From Penicillus capitatus (Eukaryota > Plantae > Chlorophyta), in NCBI GenBank assembly GCA_965649825.1, contig OZ287694.1, forward strand, positions 2,011,292 to 2,075,291: a stretch of DNA of 64,000 nucleotides, written 5' to 3'. The position numbers and the translations under genes are program-made. How positions within the stretch are numbered: the first letter of the stretch is position 1; each line of letters opens with the position of its first letter. This document shows positions 13,681-25,229 of this stretch, in pieces. Below the pieces are notes generated by a model. That model was not told the origin of the DNA. It made no database searches and saw nothing but the letters and a program-made list of their open reading frames with translations.

Positions 13681-14104
13681 GTAGGGCGCGATGACAAAGA
13701 GCGATGGGTGAACTCTTTGCTACTTCTTACCCTCTTCGAGACGGCAGTCCAAGAGGATATCTCCGCTGGGCGTCTCTCTCCAGATGTCGCTTCCTCGTTA
13801 GAGGTGCTCGCGTCTGACAGGGAAAAGGATCCTCACGAGTTCGGCTAATGGAGGTCGTTATCGGACTGAGAGACAGAGAACAGTCGCCGTCCTCTTCAGA
13901 TTCTCCGCAAGAGCATCAATGGTGTGCCCATTCCTGTCGCACGTATTCGGACAGTCCAGGCCGTTTGTATCTTCAGCGACGGACGAAGATTGGCTGAGAA
14001 GCATCGTGGTAGTAAGCACCCCTCCTGTGCAGTGTACGATGGCCGCCATGCTCGATCCAGATACACTGGCAGGACTGGGTGCAAGGACCGATCGTCAACG
14101 GTTG

Positions 14105-16590
14105 CTGATGATGCGACGTCTGCGGTTACGAATTTTACCAGGAGGGAAGTTACATATGTCAGCATGGATGTATTAAAGGGCCACGGCGGAACAGTCTTTA
14201 TTCACGGCGTTCACAGTTGACTTCAAGTAACTCAGCTCTGCCTGCGAATGGCGTGACGCTAAGGTTGCGTTTGCAAACAGATGTGGCGGAATTCCTTCGA
14301 TACCTGTGGCGACGGACAGTACCCGTGTCGGGCACATGGCGGCGGCAGACCTCGCCGGGTTGCATTGTCTGCCGCACGCCGAGCAAGTCTAGCACGTCCT
14401 CGGCTACTGTCGACGGAACGGCGAATCTGCTGCACGCACCGTCTGGTCCGAATCTACAACAACACCGCCAATACGAGAGAAAGGGAGGTACTTGGACGAT
14501 GGCTTTCGTCGCACGTCACCGTTTTCGGCAAGCTGGATTCGTACCAGAAGGCCGAAGTCGCCGAGGAGCTCGCGCACTTGGCGAATGTCGAAGCGCGCTC
14601 CCCGCGCGACAGAAAGCTGGTGCTGTGCGTTGTGAGCGCGCTAGGCGAAGCCACGACGGATAACGCATGCGCAGAGACGATAGCAGAAGCACTGTCGCGC
14701 GTCTTGGCATCTTTAGATGTCACCGTTTTCGAAGGCGATCCGGCGACGTTACTGCGCCTGGCGGCGACGCTGACCGTTACTCTGCGAAGCTGCGTCGTGC
14801 AGACCAGGCAAACATTCAGGGGCCATCGCCCAGCACTTGTCGCCTTGTATCAGGCATGCACGCTCATACACAGAGTCGCCCCTGCGCTGCCCGCCTGCAA
14901 TTATCTAAAGGAGAAACAAGACGGCCTGCTTCAGGGATTGAAGATCTTCGGAGATGCGCCGTACTATCCCTTTCGCTTCTACGCGATTCTCATCGAACAG
15001 TGCATACATCGTATGACGAAGGGGGATGAGACCTCTGCACTGTTCCAAGCGATGCAGCGGCTTGCGACTGGCACTGTCGGTGTGCTCGATTTCTACCGCG
15101 GTGTTCGCCAGGTCGACCCGTCTGCCGTCAGCAAGGGGATTCAGAAATTGAGGACCGCCTGTGCAGATGACAGGCTTCGGAGGAAGCTGTGGTTCGACTG
15201 GCTTCAAACCCTCAGCTCCGCTGCCATGCTCTGTCTGACGGATCCAGAGAAGTTCGAGCTGTTCCTGAGCGGCCTCGAACATACTTTAGAGTATCAAAGC
15301 TGCTTATCCGACGAGGAGGAATGCAAGGCTGTCAGATTTGGCATCGTGAACGAATTGACGGCCGTTGCTACAGTGGCAGACTCCGCCGTCGTGCGCAGGA
15401 AAGCCATGTTCGAATTCCAGTATCTTGCAACATGCCGTGCACTGTCGGAAGGCTGGAATGAGGATCCAGAGATCTATGAAGGATTGCTCGATGCAGCATC
15501 CAAGATCTATCAGCAGGGCGAATTCGGGGAGTATATGAAGCCAGTACTGGAGACGCTGACTTCGTCCTTGAAGTCACACCTTCGTCAAACGATTCGCTCT
15601 TGGCTGGGAAACAAAACGCTGGAGCATAAACTCAGAAGCCTGCTCGAAGAAGAAGAAGAAGACTTGTCGACAGTGTGTCACGGATTGCTTCTCCAATACG
15701 CGCTGATTGGCGAGATGGCTTCCTGGCGAGATGTCTTCTGGCTGAACAGGACAGTCGATTCTGTCCACCAGGTGTGATTCTGGCAAGCGTTCGATGATGT
15801 GTGACGTGGCCATCGTGTGCAGTTTCAACTGTCGTACAGAAACGAGGGTCATCAGGAGCTCCAGAGTAACAGTTTGAACCCGATAGCGGCGGTCAACCGT
15901 GTTCAGAACACGGTGCGTGGCTCCGTCTCTCGCCCCTCCAGCAAACTCTCTCTGTGTGTAGGTGGTATCAGACGCCGACAAGGAGTCAATAGACTCTTTC
16001 CTACAGTCGGAGAACAGCCACGTCTCCTTCGATCTGCGGGCGGAGCGCCTCTTGGGTTCGAATGATTCTTCCACGCCTCTACACGAGGGAGAAACAAGGG
16101 AGCTGCTCAGCTTCTACGATGCCTCCCTACCGAACAGTCCTGTTTACATCATCTGCCTCGGAGAAGACGACGTTCTACTTCGTCTGCGCATCAAGGCAGT
16201 CAACGAAGAGAGTCTCCCAATTGAAGGAGTTAAACGCATTTGTCTACAACTGCCCAACAACGATACGATCGAACTCAAGATGCATCAGGTTCGTGAAACA
16301 AACTGTGATGCAATAGATGCCGTTTGCCTATTGCAGTCTTGCATATTTAAGGATGTCATTGCGCAGAACATTTTTTCTTCCTTCTCCGGTTTTGGTGGTC
16401 ATGCTTATTGTCAACAGTCTATCATCCAGATTCACATACAGTTAACTGTTCCAGATCGTCGCATGGCCACACTGTATCACATTTTTCGCTACAAATACTT
16501 TTCCTAACTGCTATCAACAGCAACAGTTTTCTGCACTCCCGTGGGCGATAGAGAATGAAAGGGAGTATCCTGCCTCTCGTGATGTTGTCG
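14105..16590. repeat. Inverted segmental duplication, copy 2
   Basis: Reverse-complement homology to about 3650-6165. Confidence 0.85.
14281..16507 (+). CDS. Module A plus module B protein, copy 2; 2 exons
   Basis: ORF 14281-15777, phase-0 intron 15772-15961 (CAG|GTGTGA...TGTAG|GTG), then ORF 15962-16507. Protein is roughly 60% identical by eye to copy 1. Confidence 0.82.
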
Positions 16591-18424
16591 AGGCGATCCA
16601 TAGCGCCAAGTCGGTGTTAGTGTTTTTCGTCGAGTGGCACAACTAAGAGTAAACCCTGAACCAACGAATATCTCAATTCTACTCTGACGATTCAATAAGT
16701 CAAAAGTTTTGTTTTTGCAAACTGTTTGCGGTATCACATCTGCACGCTTAATCTATCTAATCAGTGAGTGACTAGAGATCGACGGTGAATGTGTCTTTTG
16801 TGCAAGAGAGAGAAGTGGCTTTCTATTGCCAGAATAGCTTCTCAAATCTCATGGTACAGTGGATCGCGGAGTGTGATAGACTGAATGATCAATCTTACTG
16901 TTTTAGCCGATTCGGTTCTCGCCTCTGGCGTGGCATTCTTGCGCTCGCCGCCTGTTCCACTGTGAATTTGTTGGTGTCTTGAATGCGGCCGATTCAGTTA
17001 ACAAATGCACAAGTTGCGCTGTTTTTTGCTAGCCTTAAAAAAGGATGCGTGGTTCGAAAGGGGACAACAGCCTTTTTGCTGTCTGCGATGCTCATGGGAA
17101 ATTGATGTCTGTGGAATAGTCTGCGAACGAATAATGTTCGAGATTTAATTCTTTGTGTGACGACTGGTGGAAATCATGATTGTACTGTTTCGCCCAATAG
17201 GGCGGCGGTACTGTGCATGTCTGCACTCAGGTTTGAAGGCGGTGTAACTCTAAACCGTACTGGTGTCCTACGGTTGAATGTCAAGTGTGTGATCAGCTTG
17301 TTTCGAACTGTTGTTGTTCACCTTATCCAATGAAAAGCTCTTCACTCTCCTCTTGCGTTGCACGCGGGCACGATCGGTCGGCAAGGCACATCTGTGTCAG
17401 AAATTGCACAGATCTAAACTTCCTCAGGGCGAAACGCGATTCTGTCTTTCTTGCACGCATTCAGATGTCGCTGTATTGAATCAACACATTCCGAAATGCC
17501 TGTCCCTCTGCCCATCTTCTATGGTGGCGCAAACACCGACTACTCAGACATGGAAATCGTTCTCCAGACGAAAGCGCCTTGGCTGAACGAATGCAATCCG
17601 TTCGAATCCTAAATGGGTACATGGAAGTTGACAAGAGCCCGTCCATCGGCAAACTTGAACTGCACTTCGGTTCTTTTCGTTCGATCAGAGACCAAGCCTA
17701 GAGAATAGGCGAAGAAAACCGTACGACAGCTGGTGGGATATCAGCTTCGAGACGCCGGCGACAAAACGCGGCTCCTTGAGACATAACTGTGGAGACGACA
17801 CGGTGTGCATGCTACCTCTTTTCTGCGGATCCATGCCCTGCAGCGCTTCCCCTTTCTTGCTGTGCGCTTAAGGACTACTATCAGTCCCATCCATCAGTCT
17901 TCGGAGACCAACCGTTGTCTTTCCGCGTCCTCCAGCGGCTTCGCTGCTAAATTCAAATCTCAAACAATCAATGATGAAATGTTCCCGCTCGCGGGAGGCA
18001 CATGATCCGCGGGATGCCTTGCCTTAAAACACCGCTTCGAATCCCGAACTTGTCCCTGAACTTAAAATTTTGTCGGTCTGCTGAACGCATCGTGAAGACG
18101 ACGGGCTCCCTTTCGTAGTACCGTGATTCGAAATCCGCCGTCCTCCTCCCACACGCAATCCCACTTCTTTCACTCTCCATTAGTTTCGACCGGAAACACT
18201 TTACCTCTCCTTCACGCTGCGCAGGTAAGGAAGGCCAAGGCGTACGAACGAGGGCGTTCTCCGTCGATCGCTATCTCGATGCATGCAACAGGCCACGTCG
18301 ACAACACTATGAAGCCAGGTCTGAGGCGCCGGCTAACCTTCGGTGTTTCTTCAGGTGGTTCTTCTGCGAGAGGAAGCGACAGCGGCAGCGCGTCTTCTGC
18401 GTAGTTTTCGGCATCTCTGTTCCA

Positions 18425-19669
18425 ATGCCCAAGCGCACTCCACGCGGTCGTCTGCAGTTCGAGCACCAGGAAGAAGCTGTTAACCAAGACGGCGAGGCAC
18501 CCGATGCGGCGGTTCGTGAAACATTGACGCTGAGCGTGACGGTGTTGCTGCGACGCACTGTGCTTTTCGCATCGTCCCCTCTCCCAGTGGACCAGAAGTC
18601 CGCCTCGGATTCTTCGTTCGCCGACGCCGTGAGGACACACAGAGCCGTGCACATCAGCCACCAGTACACCTGCAGGTATCTCGAATCGCCGACCGACTGA
18701 GCTCGCGTCACATCGTTTCCGTGCTGTAGACACCTCACCAGCGACGAAAAGAGCGCCCTTCTCCACTCGGTACGTCGCACTCCTGTCTATCCGAAAGCAC
18801 CACGGTGTTGCGGATGATCAGGTGTACCAAGCGCTGGATGGTGGTGCTGGCGCAGAGGGCGTCAATGAACACGAGGACAGAGAACAGAAACAAGAATGCG
18901 TCCACTCCTCGCAGCACGAGCATCAAGAGGCCAGCCATAAACGAACGCACGTCCCCTTCGGAACAACGCCCCGGGGGAAACGGCACATGAACAGCGCATC
19001 ACGAGAAGTGCTTTCTCTCTCGCGTTTTCCTTTCGGCATCGCGTTCCGTTTCAGGTCCAAGACAAACGCCGACCGTCGTCGGGCCCGTTCCCCCAGCTCC
19101 GCCTCGCTCCCTTGCTCGAAGTCGAGTGCTTTGCGGACAACAGAGATGCATGTCTGCCGTACTACGAGAGACAGGCGCACGACGCCCTTGCGTTCTTTGA
19201 CGATTACCTGCCGCACGATCCGGTTCACGTCGTGAGACTCGGTCAGAGCTTTCGCCTCAGTGTCCACCTTTCCGGCGACCAGTGTCTCGGCAGTGCGCTC
19301 GTCCGAATTGTTTCCGTGTTCGTGACGCCTCCCGACGGCGACGGACAGTCGCTCGACATCGTGCAGTGGCGTGATACGGACGACTGCTCCGTGAGCGCCT
19401 TCGCCCATCTGGATCCGACGCAGTTCGCCTCCGGGAAGCTGAACGCGGTGTCTCCCTGTTTCGGCCTCGTGGATCGCAAATACGTCAAGCTGTCCGTCTG
19501 CACGACGGTGCTGCTGGGAAGCGGATGCGTTCGGGAAGCGGTCCTGAACGACGCTCTCTACTTCAAGGTGGTTCACTGCAGAGACCGTATGCGTCTCCAC
19601 AGGTTTCTAGGCATGTTTGTCACGAAAGAAGAGAAACGATGCAGACAGAAGAGAACACTTCACCAGTGA
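18425..19669 (+). CDS. Kinase N-lobe remnant, charged linker and module B; 5' end uncertain
   Basis: Spliced reading FADAVRTHRAVHISHQYTCR|HLTSDEKSALLHS|VYQALD matches intron positions and residues of the 25230 gene (NNAIHMHELLHENRHICR|...RLDTDQQRSILRA|IAVALE). The last exon starts at a phase-0 acceptor (19055) and encodes module B. Confidence 0.6.
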
Positions 19670-22600
19670 TCCAGACGGACGACGCACGCCAGTGCTTCTC
19701 CATTTTTGCTTTTTGATACGACGACGATAGATAGAGAGAGTGGCGTCGTACAAGATAGACCATCTGTCACATCACTTGAATGGCATCCGTGCTGTGCTTT
19801 GCGGATACAGACGCATAATTGCGCAATTCATAAATCAGGGGAATAAGTGAAGTCAAGAGTTTTGGACATGATTCACCCATAGAAGCTTTACGAAGTTACA
19901 CGCTGCGCATTTGTCATGAGTTGTCAGTCTTTCTGTACAGAACGGTGTTTGAGAATGAAGAATCATTGTTTGCATCAGCACGTTTCGCCGTCGATTCCAG
20001 TTATCCTGTCTCGACGCTCCCCGTTTTGTCTCCCTCGAGATCGTTTTCTTAAAAGCGTCGACAGCGATCCGACTCGCAGCACTCTTTTGACTGCTCTGAT
20101 TCAGAATGCCTTCCCATCGCCACGTCAGACAACAACATGCTTCTTGACCCAGAACGAACGTCATTTCGTCTTCGTGAGAAATAGACGATCCTGCGAGGTC
20201 GACTGCTTCGTCACAGGAATGGTACAACTACTCTACGAAATCGACGCATTATGAATTGTCCATGATCTCAGTGTCATGCGCGCTTTCGTCGATCGTGAGA
20301 GTGCAGCGGTCAACAGCAACGGGAGTCTTGCCGACTACAACAAGCAGAAGACTCTGTGCTGAAGTCATCACGCTGACCTGGCAATGCAAGGAGCATCACA
20401 GCTGTGCTTGCGTAGTGCAGTCGTAGAGTGTTACGGTATGCCAAGGAGAACCAACGAAGAAGATGAGGTGACCCTTGCGGTCGGTTCTTGTATCGACATC
20501 GTAGGGACAGTTGGGGAAGTTCGATGGCATTCCTCCGATTCCATACCTGAACCCTACACGTCATTCATCCGTACGGGCACTAGGGAGGGCGGGGTATCTC
20601 GCACCTATTGTCAAAGACATCCTCTGAGAAGAGTGACCATGGACTGAGTGATGTTGACAGTGACATCTGATGTGTGAACTGCTACGTTTGCGACAGTATC
20701 CCTAAGAGACGTCTGCCGAACGCAGAGGTATTGCGATGGCACGCTGTGGTTTGTGGTGCACGTCGTCAGGATTTGTGCGGTTTGCGTTTAACGCCATGGG
20801 CGTTCATCACATCACGTGGTGCTGTGCCGGCGTCGTGAACCCCCTCATCGATACCTATAGGCGAGATAAGGGAGAATAGCGGTGAAGGGCAGACCTTCGG
20901 TGACTCGTGTAACGGAAATGTGCGTGAAGACGGGAGGTCGAGAGGCGATACCATTGGCTCGAAGCGGTATCTCTGTACGCCGTAAGTCGACCTCGGAGCG
21001 CGTGGCCGACCGCCGAAGGACTTCGAATGGAGACGGCTGACGGGCAGCGCCTGTGCGACGCCTTATGGTCTGAATGGCGCATGTTTTGGTGGCTCATGGG
21101 CCCGCCTCCGATTCTGACGGTCTTCTAAAAAAATGACGACGAGGCATTTCAAGCGCCAGACTCTTTCGGAGGCAAAGTGGAAAGGTTGGAAAATAGTAAA
21201 CGTCCGCAAGGAGTACACAGCGACGATCTTGACTTGGCTTATATACATGCTAAAGCGCGGATGGCGATGATGAAAAGACGAATGATGTGACTTTACACTA
21301 ACTTACGCTTCATTAGGTGGATGAAATGAGTTCTGTACGCACTCGTTCTCCTGTTTTCCGCGATTTTCTTGTTCGAGATTCTGTTGCGCTGAAAACGGTT
21401 TGCTATGGAAGCGTGATGCATGGGTTCAGGGGCACCGTTGAGCTGGTATGTCGATTTGAACGTTGCCCTCGTCCAGTCGCAGTGTATTGGTAACTCAGAC
21501 GTAAGGGACTTGACGTTGGAGACTCTGTGAACCGACGTTTGGAGACACTGTGGAAAAGGTTCAAAGCACGCCACATCATTCGCCTGAATCTCACCTGAGA
21601 AAGAGAAGTCGGACGTCGCTCGTTCTCTCCTTCATGGACTGGCTTGCTGGCACACGACCTTCGCGCATGTTGTTCGACGCAACACAGGCTCACCTGTTGC
21701 CGGGTCGACCGTCACGCGTCCCCCACAACTGCCGACCATTGGCGGATTCGAGGTTTCCTTGTCCTCTGAGCAGCGGATCGACCGATAGGCATTCCGGTCA
21801 GATGGACGCAAGACGAAAGGGAGACGGTAGATGGAAAAGCGTGACGGCGGATGTCTCGCTATCACTCAGGCGAAGCGTCTGCTGCGTTCGCACAGCGCTC
21901 AGCCGACTGTCAGATGTGACGGGCAATCGGTGAGGGGGTGCCTTTACATTGATGTCATGACAAGAGTGGTCCATAGACAAAAAGGGACAAGACTTTCATC
22001 TGAGACACGCAGACGATGATCACTTAGAGATGCTACGCCGTGGCATGTGCACTTTCTGAAGGCGATACATGCAAATAAATGCTCGAGAACACCAACCGTA
22101 GGTGAGAACAATGGCCTGCCTGAACAGCGGCCTCAATGCCGACGGTGTAGAAAAGCTGTTGTGGGTAGGAACTGCCCGTCAACAAAGAAACGTCACGTCC
22201 ATCATCCAGCGTCATCTCTATCAAATCTTTACAACGATGCCGATGCAGTCTGTCTTGTTTGTCGTACAGACAGACGCGCCACAGTGACGCGTCAACGTCG
22301 CCGTCGCCGAGTTGCAGAATACTCTATGCTCCACTCCGTCCAGCACATTTCGTTTCTTCTGCCCCATCGCTGTCGTATCTATCGGTTTCTCATAGTTACA
22401 TATGATTATAGAAGAGTGAGATACCAAGGGAGTCTGACTGAGAGTTCAGGCAATGATTGCAACGGTCGACGAGATTAGGGATGGGAGAGGATTGAAGGAC
22501 GGTTTCTAATCATGTCGATTCTGGAGGTCTTGAGTTGGAGTGATGTCGCACTTTACGTCGTGTTTGCAACTTACGTGGTAACGATGCTAAGAACCCAGCA

Positions 22601-23244
22601 TCACACGCTGTGTCGTGTTTTCTCATATCTTTTGCTCGCCGTCGAGTGTATGTTCGTGCAGCTGAGTCTGGGAGTTTGTACGTTCGCGATCCGAAAACGA
22701 CGACAACGTCACAGAGAACCGTGGATAATGATACCCCATCTATGACATCGCAGTATGTCTCTTTCCAAATCTTCACAGCTGTCTGTATAGATATCACCGG
22801 TACGCTCTCAGTCCATCCGACATAACTTTCTAGATGGTGTGCGGATGTGATTTCTAGATATGCGTTTGGCGAAACCTCGTTGAGGGTAAGGGAACAAATC
22901 GCCCTGCAGCACTCAAACGTCAAATGTTGGTCGTCTTACTCAAGTCAACAATGACCAGACATGTGCTATTGGCCTCTTGCTGGAGCATCCCAAAGGACGA
23001 CGATGTCGCAGAAGAGCATCATTGAGTGTCTTAAACACTATCCCTTTCGTCTCTAGAAGGTGCATCGTCGATCAGAGTGCGCGGCGTGGGACAAGAGGTG
23101 ATGGAACGTCAGGGAATGGTTATCAAAGGCAGTGTTGGGCGGCTGCATCTTTGCGACGGGGCCTGTTTGTTTGTGGGCCTCTACGTGTTCCTTCGAAGAA
23201 GGATTGTGGAGATGGAAAGCCACAAGCGTGGGTGATGCCAGAGA

Positions 23245-24105
23245 AGCTCTGACCGACTGGCTTCAGACGAATTGTGCCAATCAGTACTGGACGACGTTTG
23301 CAAATTGCGCAAGGATTCCACGTCTTTGAGATCCTTCACCTCTATCAAGCATCAAAGACATGTAGGAGATTGGAGCAGCAAGTGCTGAGCAAACTCTGAA
23401 TACGGCGGTCAATGCAACAAGCTAGATGATTGCAGTACTGAGGATGATGACGTCATTGCCGGCGGCTCCACTTCGGAGAAGAGTCCATCATTGGCTGCAG
23501 AACATAATTCTACAAGACTGAAGGAGGGACTCCGAGATCGTGTCTTGCAGCGGGGAGATTTTTCGTCCCTCGCCGTCAACACTGTCAAACAGCACAAACC
23601 CGTCACGCGTGATCCACGAGAAGAAGAATCGGATACACAGCATTGTCTTCTGACAAGGACCGTGATGTGGTGAGTCGAGGACAAGGCAATGGCGCCGAGA
23701 CGATGATGCCAGCATTACAGCATCCAGTTCTCATGGGATCCATCGCCTTTGGAAGAAACGCGTCTGCAAATGCCTCTAGGCGAAGAACACGAAGGGAGCT
23801 GCAGATGTCAGCAGTGATGACAGGAATGCAGAGAGATGGTTCTCGTTACTCAAGACAGGCAGAAGGCATCACTCTTTTCCAGAGAACCTTGGACGGCGGT
23901 TTGATATGCGTTTCACACAGATCATCCGATTTAAGAGTGAGGCGATCCGCTGGATCATGCATCTCTCTGTAGCCGTGATTTATTTTCGTTGTAGATTGAT
24001 GGATTCAGATTCGGCGAATGGAGAATCGAAGACAAGCAGCTGCGATGAAGTGCACTCTCTCCATCATCTGAGTTAACCCACAGTATCGTTTTTCGAACAG
24101 CTGCA
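23245..24105. repeat. Inverted duplication, left copy (degenerate coding-like sequence)
   Basis: Homologous to the reverse complement of about 28455-29365. ORFs 23643-23972 (+) and 28567-28953 (-) are near-identical in translation. Confidence 0.85.
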
Positions 24106-25229
24106 TGAAAGTCATGGAGGTCAAGTCGCATACTAGGGGTACCATCTCAATACATATGGAGAGATTTGATTACGCGACTCTGTACGGGGCGCGTTCAATC
24201 ACATGGATTTGCAACGCGGCTTGTGCCAGCTAACCGGCAGGGCGGTGAATGTTCATCCGTGCTGATAGACTCGGTGCCATCGGCTCAGAGACAACACCCA
24301 TTCTTTTCAAAGCGTCTTGCCTATACATTACGTGCCGCGCCAATCAACGGTGTGCCGTCGTTCGTTGTAAGCGTTGGCGTACATGAAAATAAACGAACCA
24401 CCACTAAATGACCACTAAATGCCAATCGAAGGTCGCCGTACGACAGCACGAGGAAAAGTGAACAGAACTTTCGTTGTTTTGACGGCTGCGCCTGACGGCT
24501 GCGTCTGATCCGACGGAGCTCTTTGCAAAGCAAAAACCGTCGACGTACTGGTGTCAATGTTCGGTCTGAGTTCAAGGAGTGCTACCCGCCACTGGCATGG
24601 GGTACTTACAACCGGCCGTTTGCACTATAAACGCAAGCATGGTTCCTTGGCTTATACAGTTAGCGTCTTTATCGCTCTCACCGTCTCTTCGCAGCGAAGT
24701 CCACACGAAGTTCAAATTCGTTTTGTTTTTAATGCTGAAAAACCGTTAAAGTTCACTGCGTCTAGCTAAAGGCAGTTCGGCCGTCGAAGCTCTATGAATC
24801 GCGATACCGGCGACATCCCTTATGCTTCTTCCAGTCCCAACCTAGGTGTGTCTCCCTGCGAGAGCAACGACGGATGGTGCGACTGTCTCAGTCACGACCA
24901 AAAAGAAGACGAGACACCTTTGCTCGCCGAGGTCGACAAGACAGCGCACAAGAGGCACAATTCATTGGACACAAGGTACCGCCATCTGCGACAGCGCTTA
25001 TGTCTGATGAGACATGAACGTTTAGATTCAATGCGGTTTCGCGTCATATCCGTTTGTTGACTTGTGGTCGAAGTGATCGCCGAGGACACGGTACGAATCT
25101 GATAGACAACGCCTCGTGCGTCTTGCCTTGTTTTGTCTCTGCGCTGAGCATCGTGCGCTACAATCTATGTGACACCGCAACGCATGTTTAGGTGGTGCAT
25201 CCGATAACTGCATCCGCCAAACGGGGGGT

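Noticed and set aside
17590-18050. GTTCGAATCC and TTCGAATCCC T-loop-like motifs
   Set aside because: Flanking bases do not form a T-stem or cloverleaf, so these are not tRNAs.
22512-23329. Hydrophobic ORF pieces suggesting a GT2/cellulose-synthase-like N-terminus
   Set aside because: No DxD or QxxRW motif, and multiple stops; it cannot be named.
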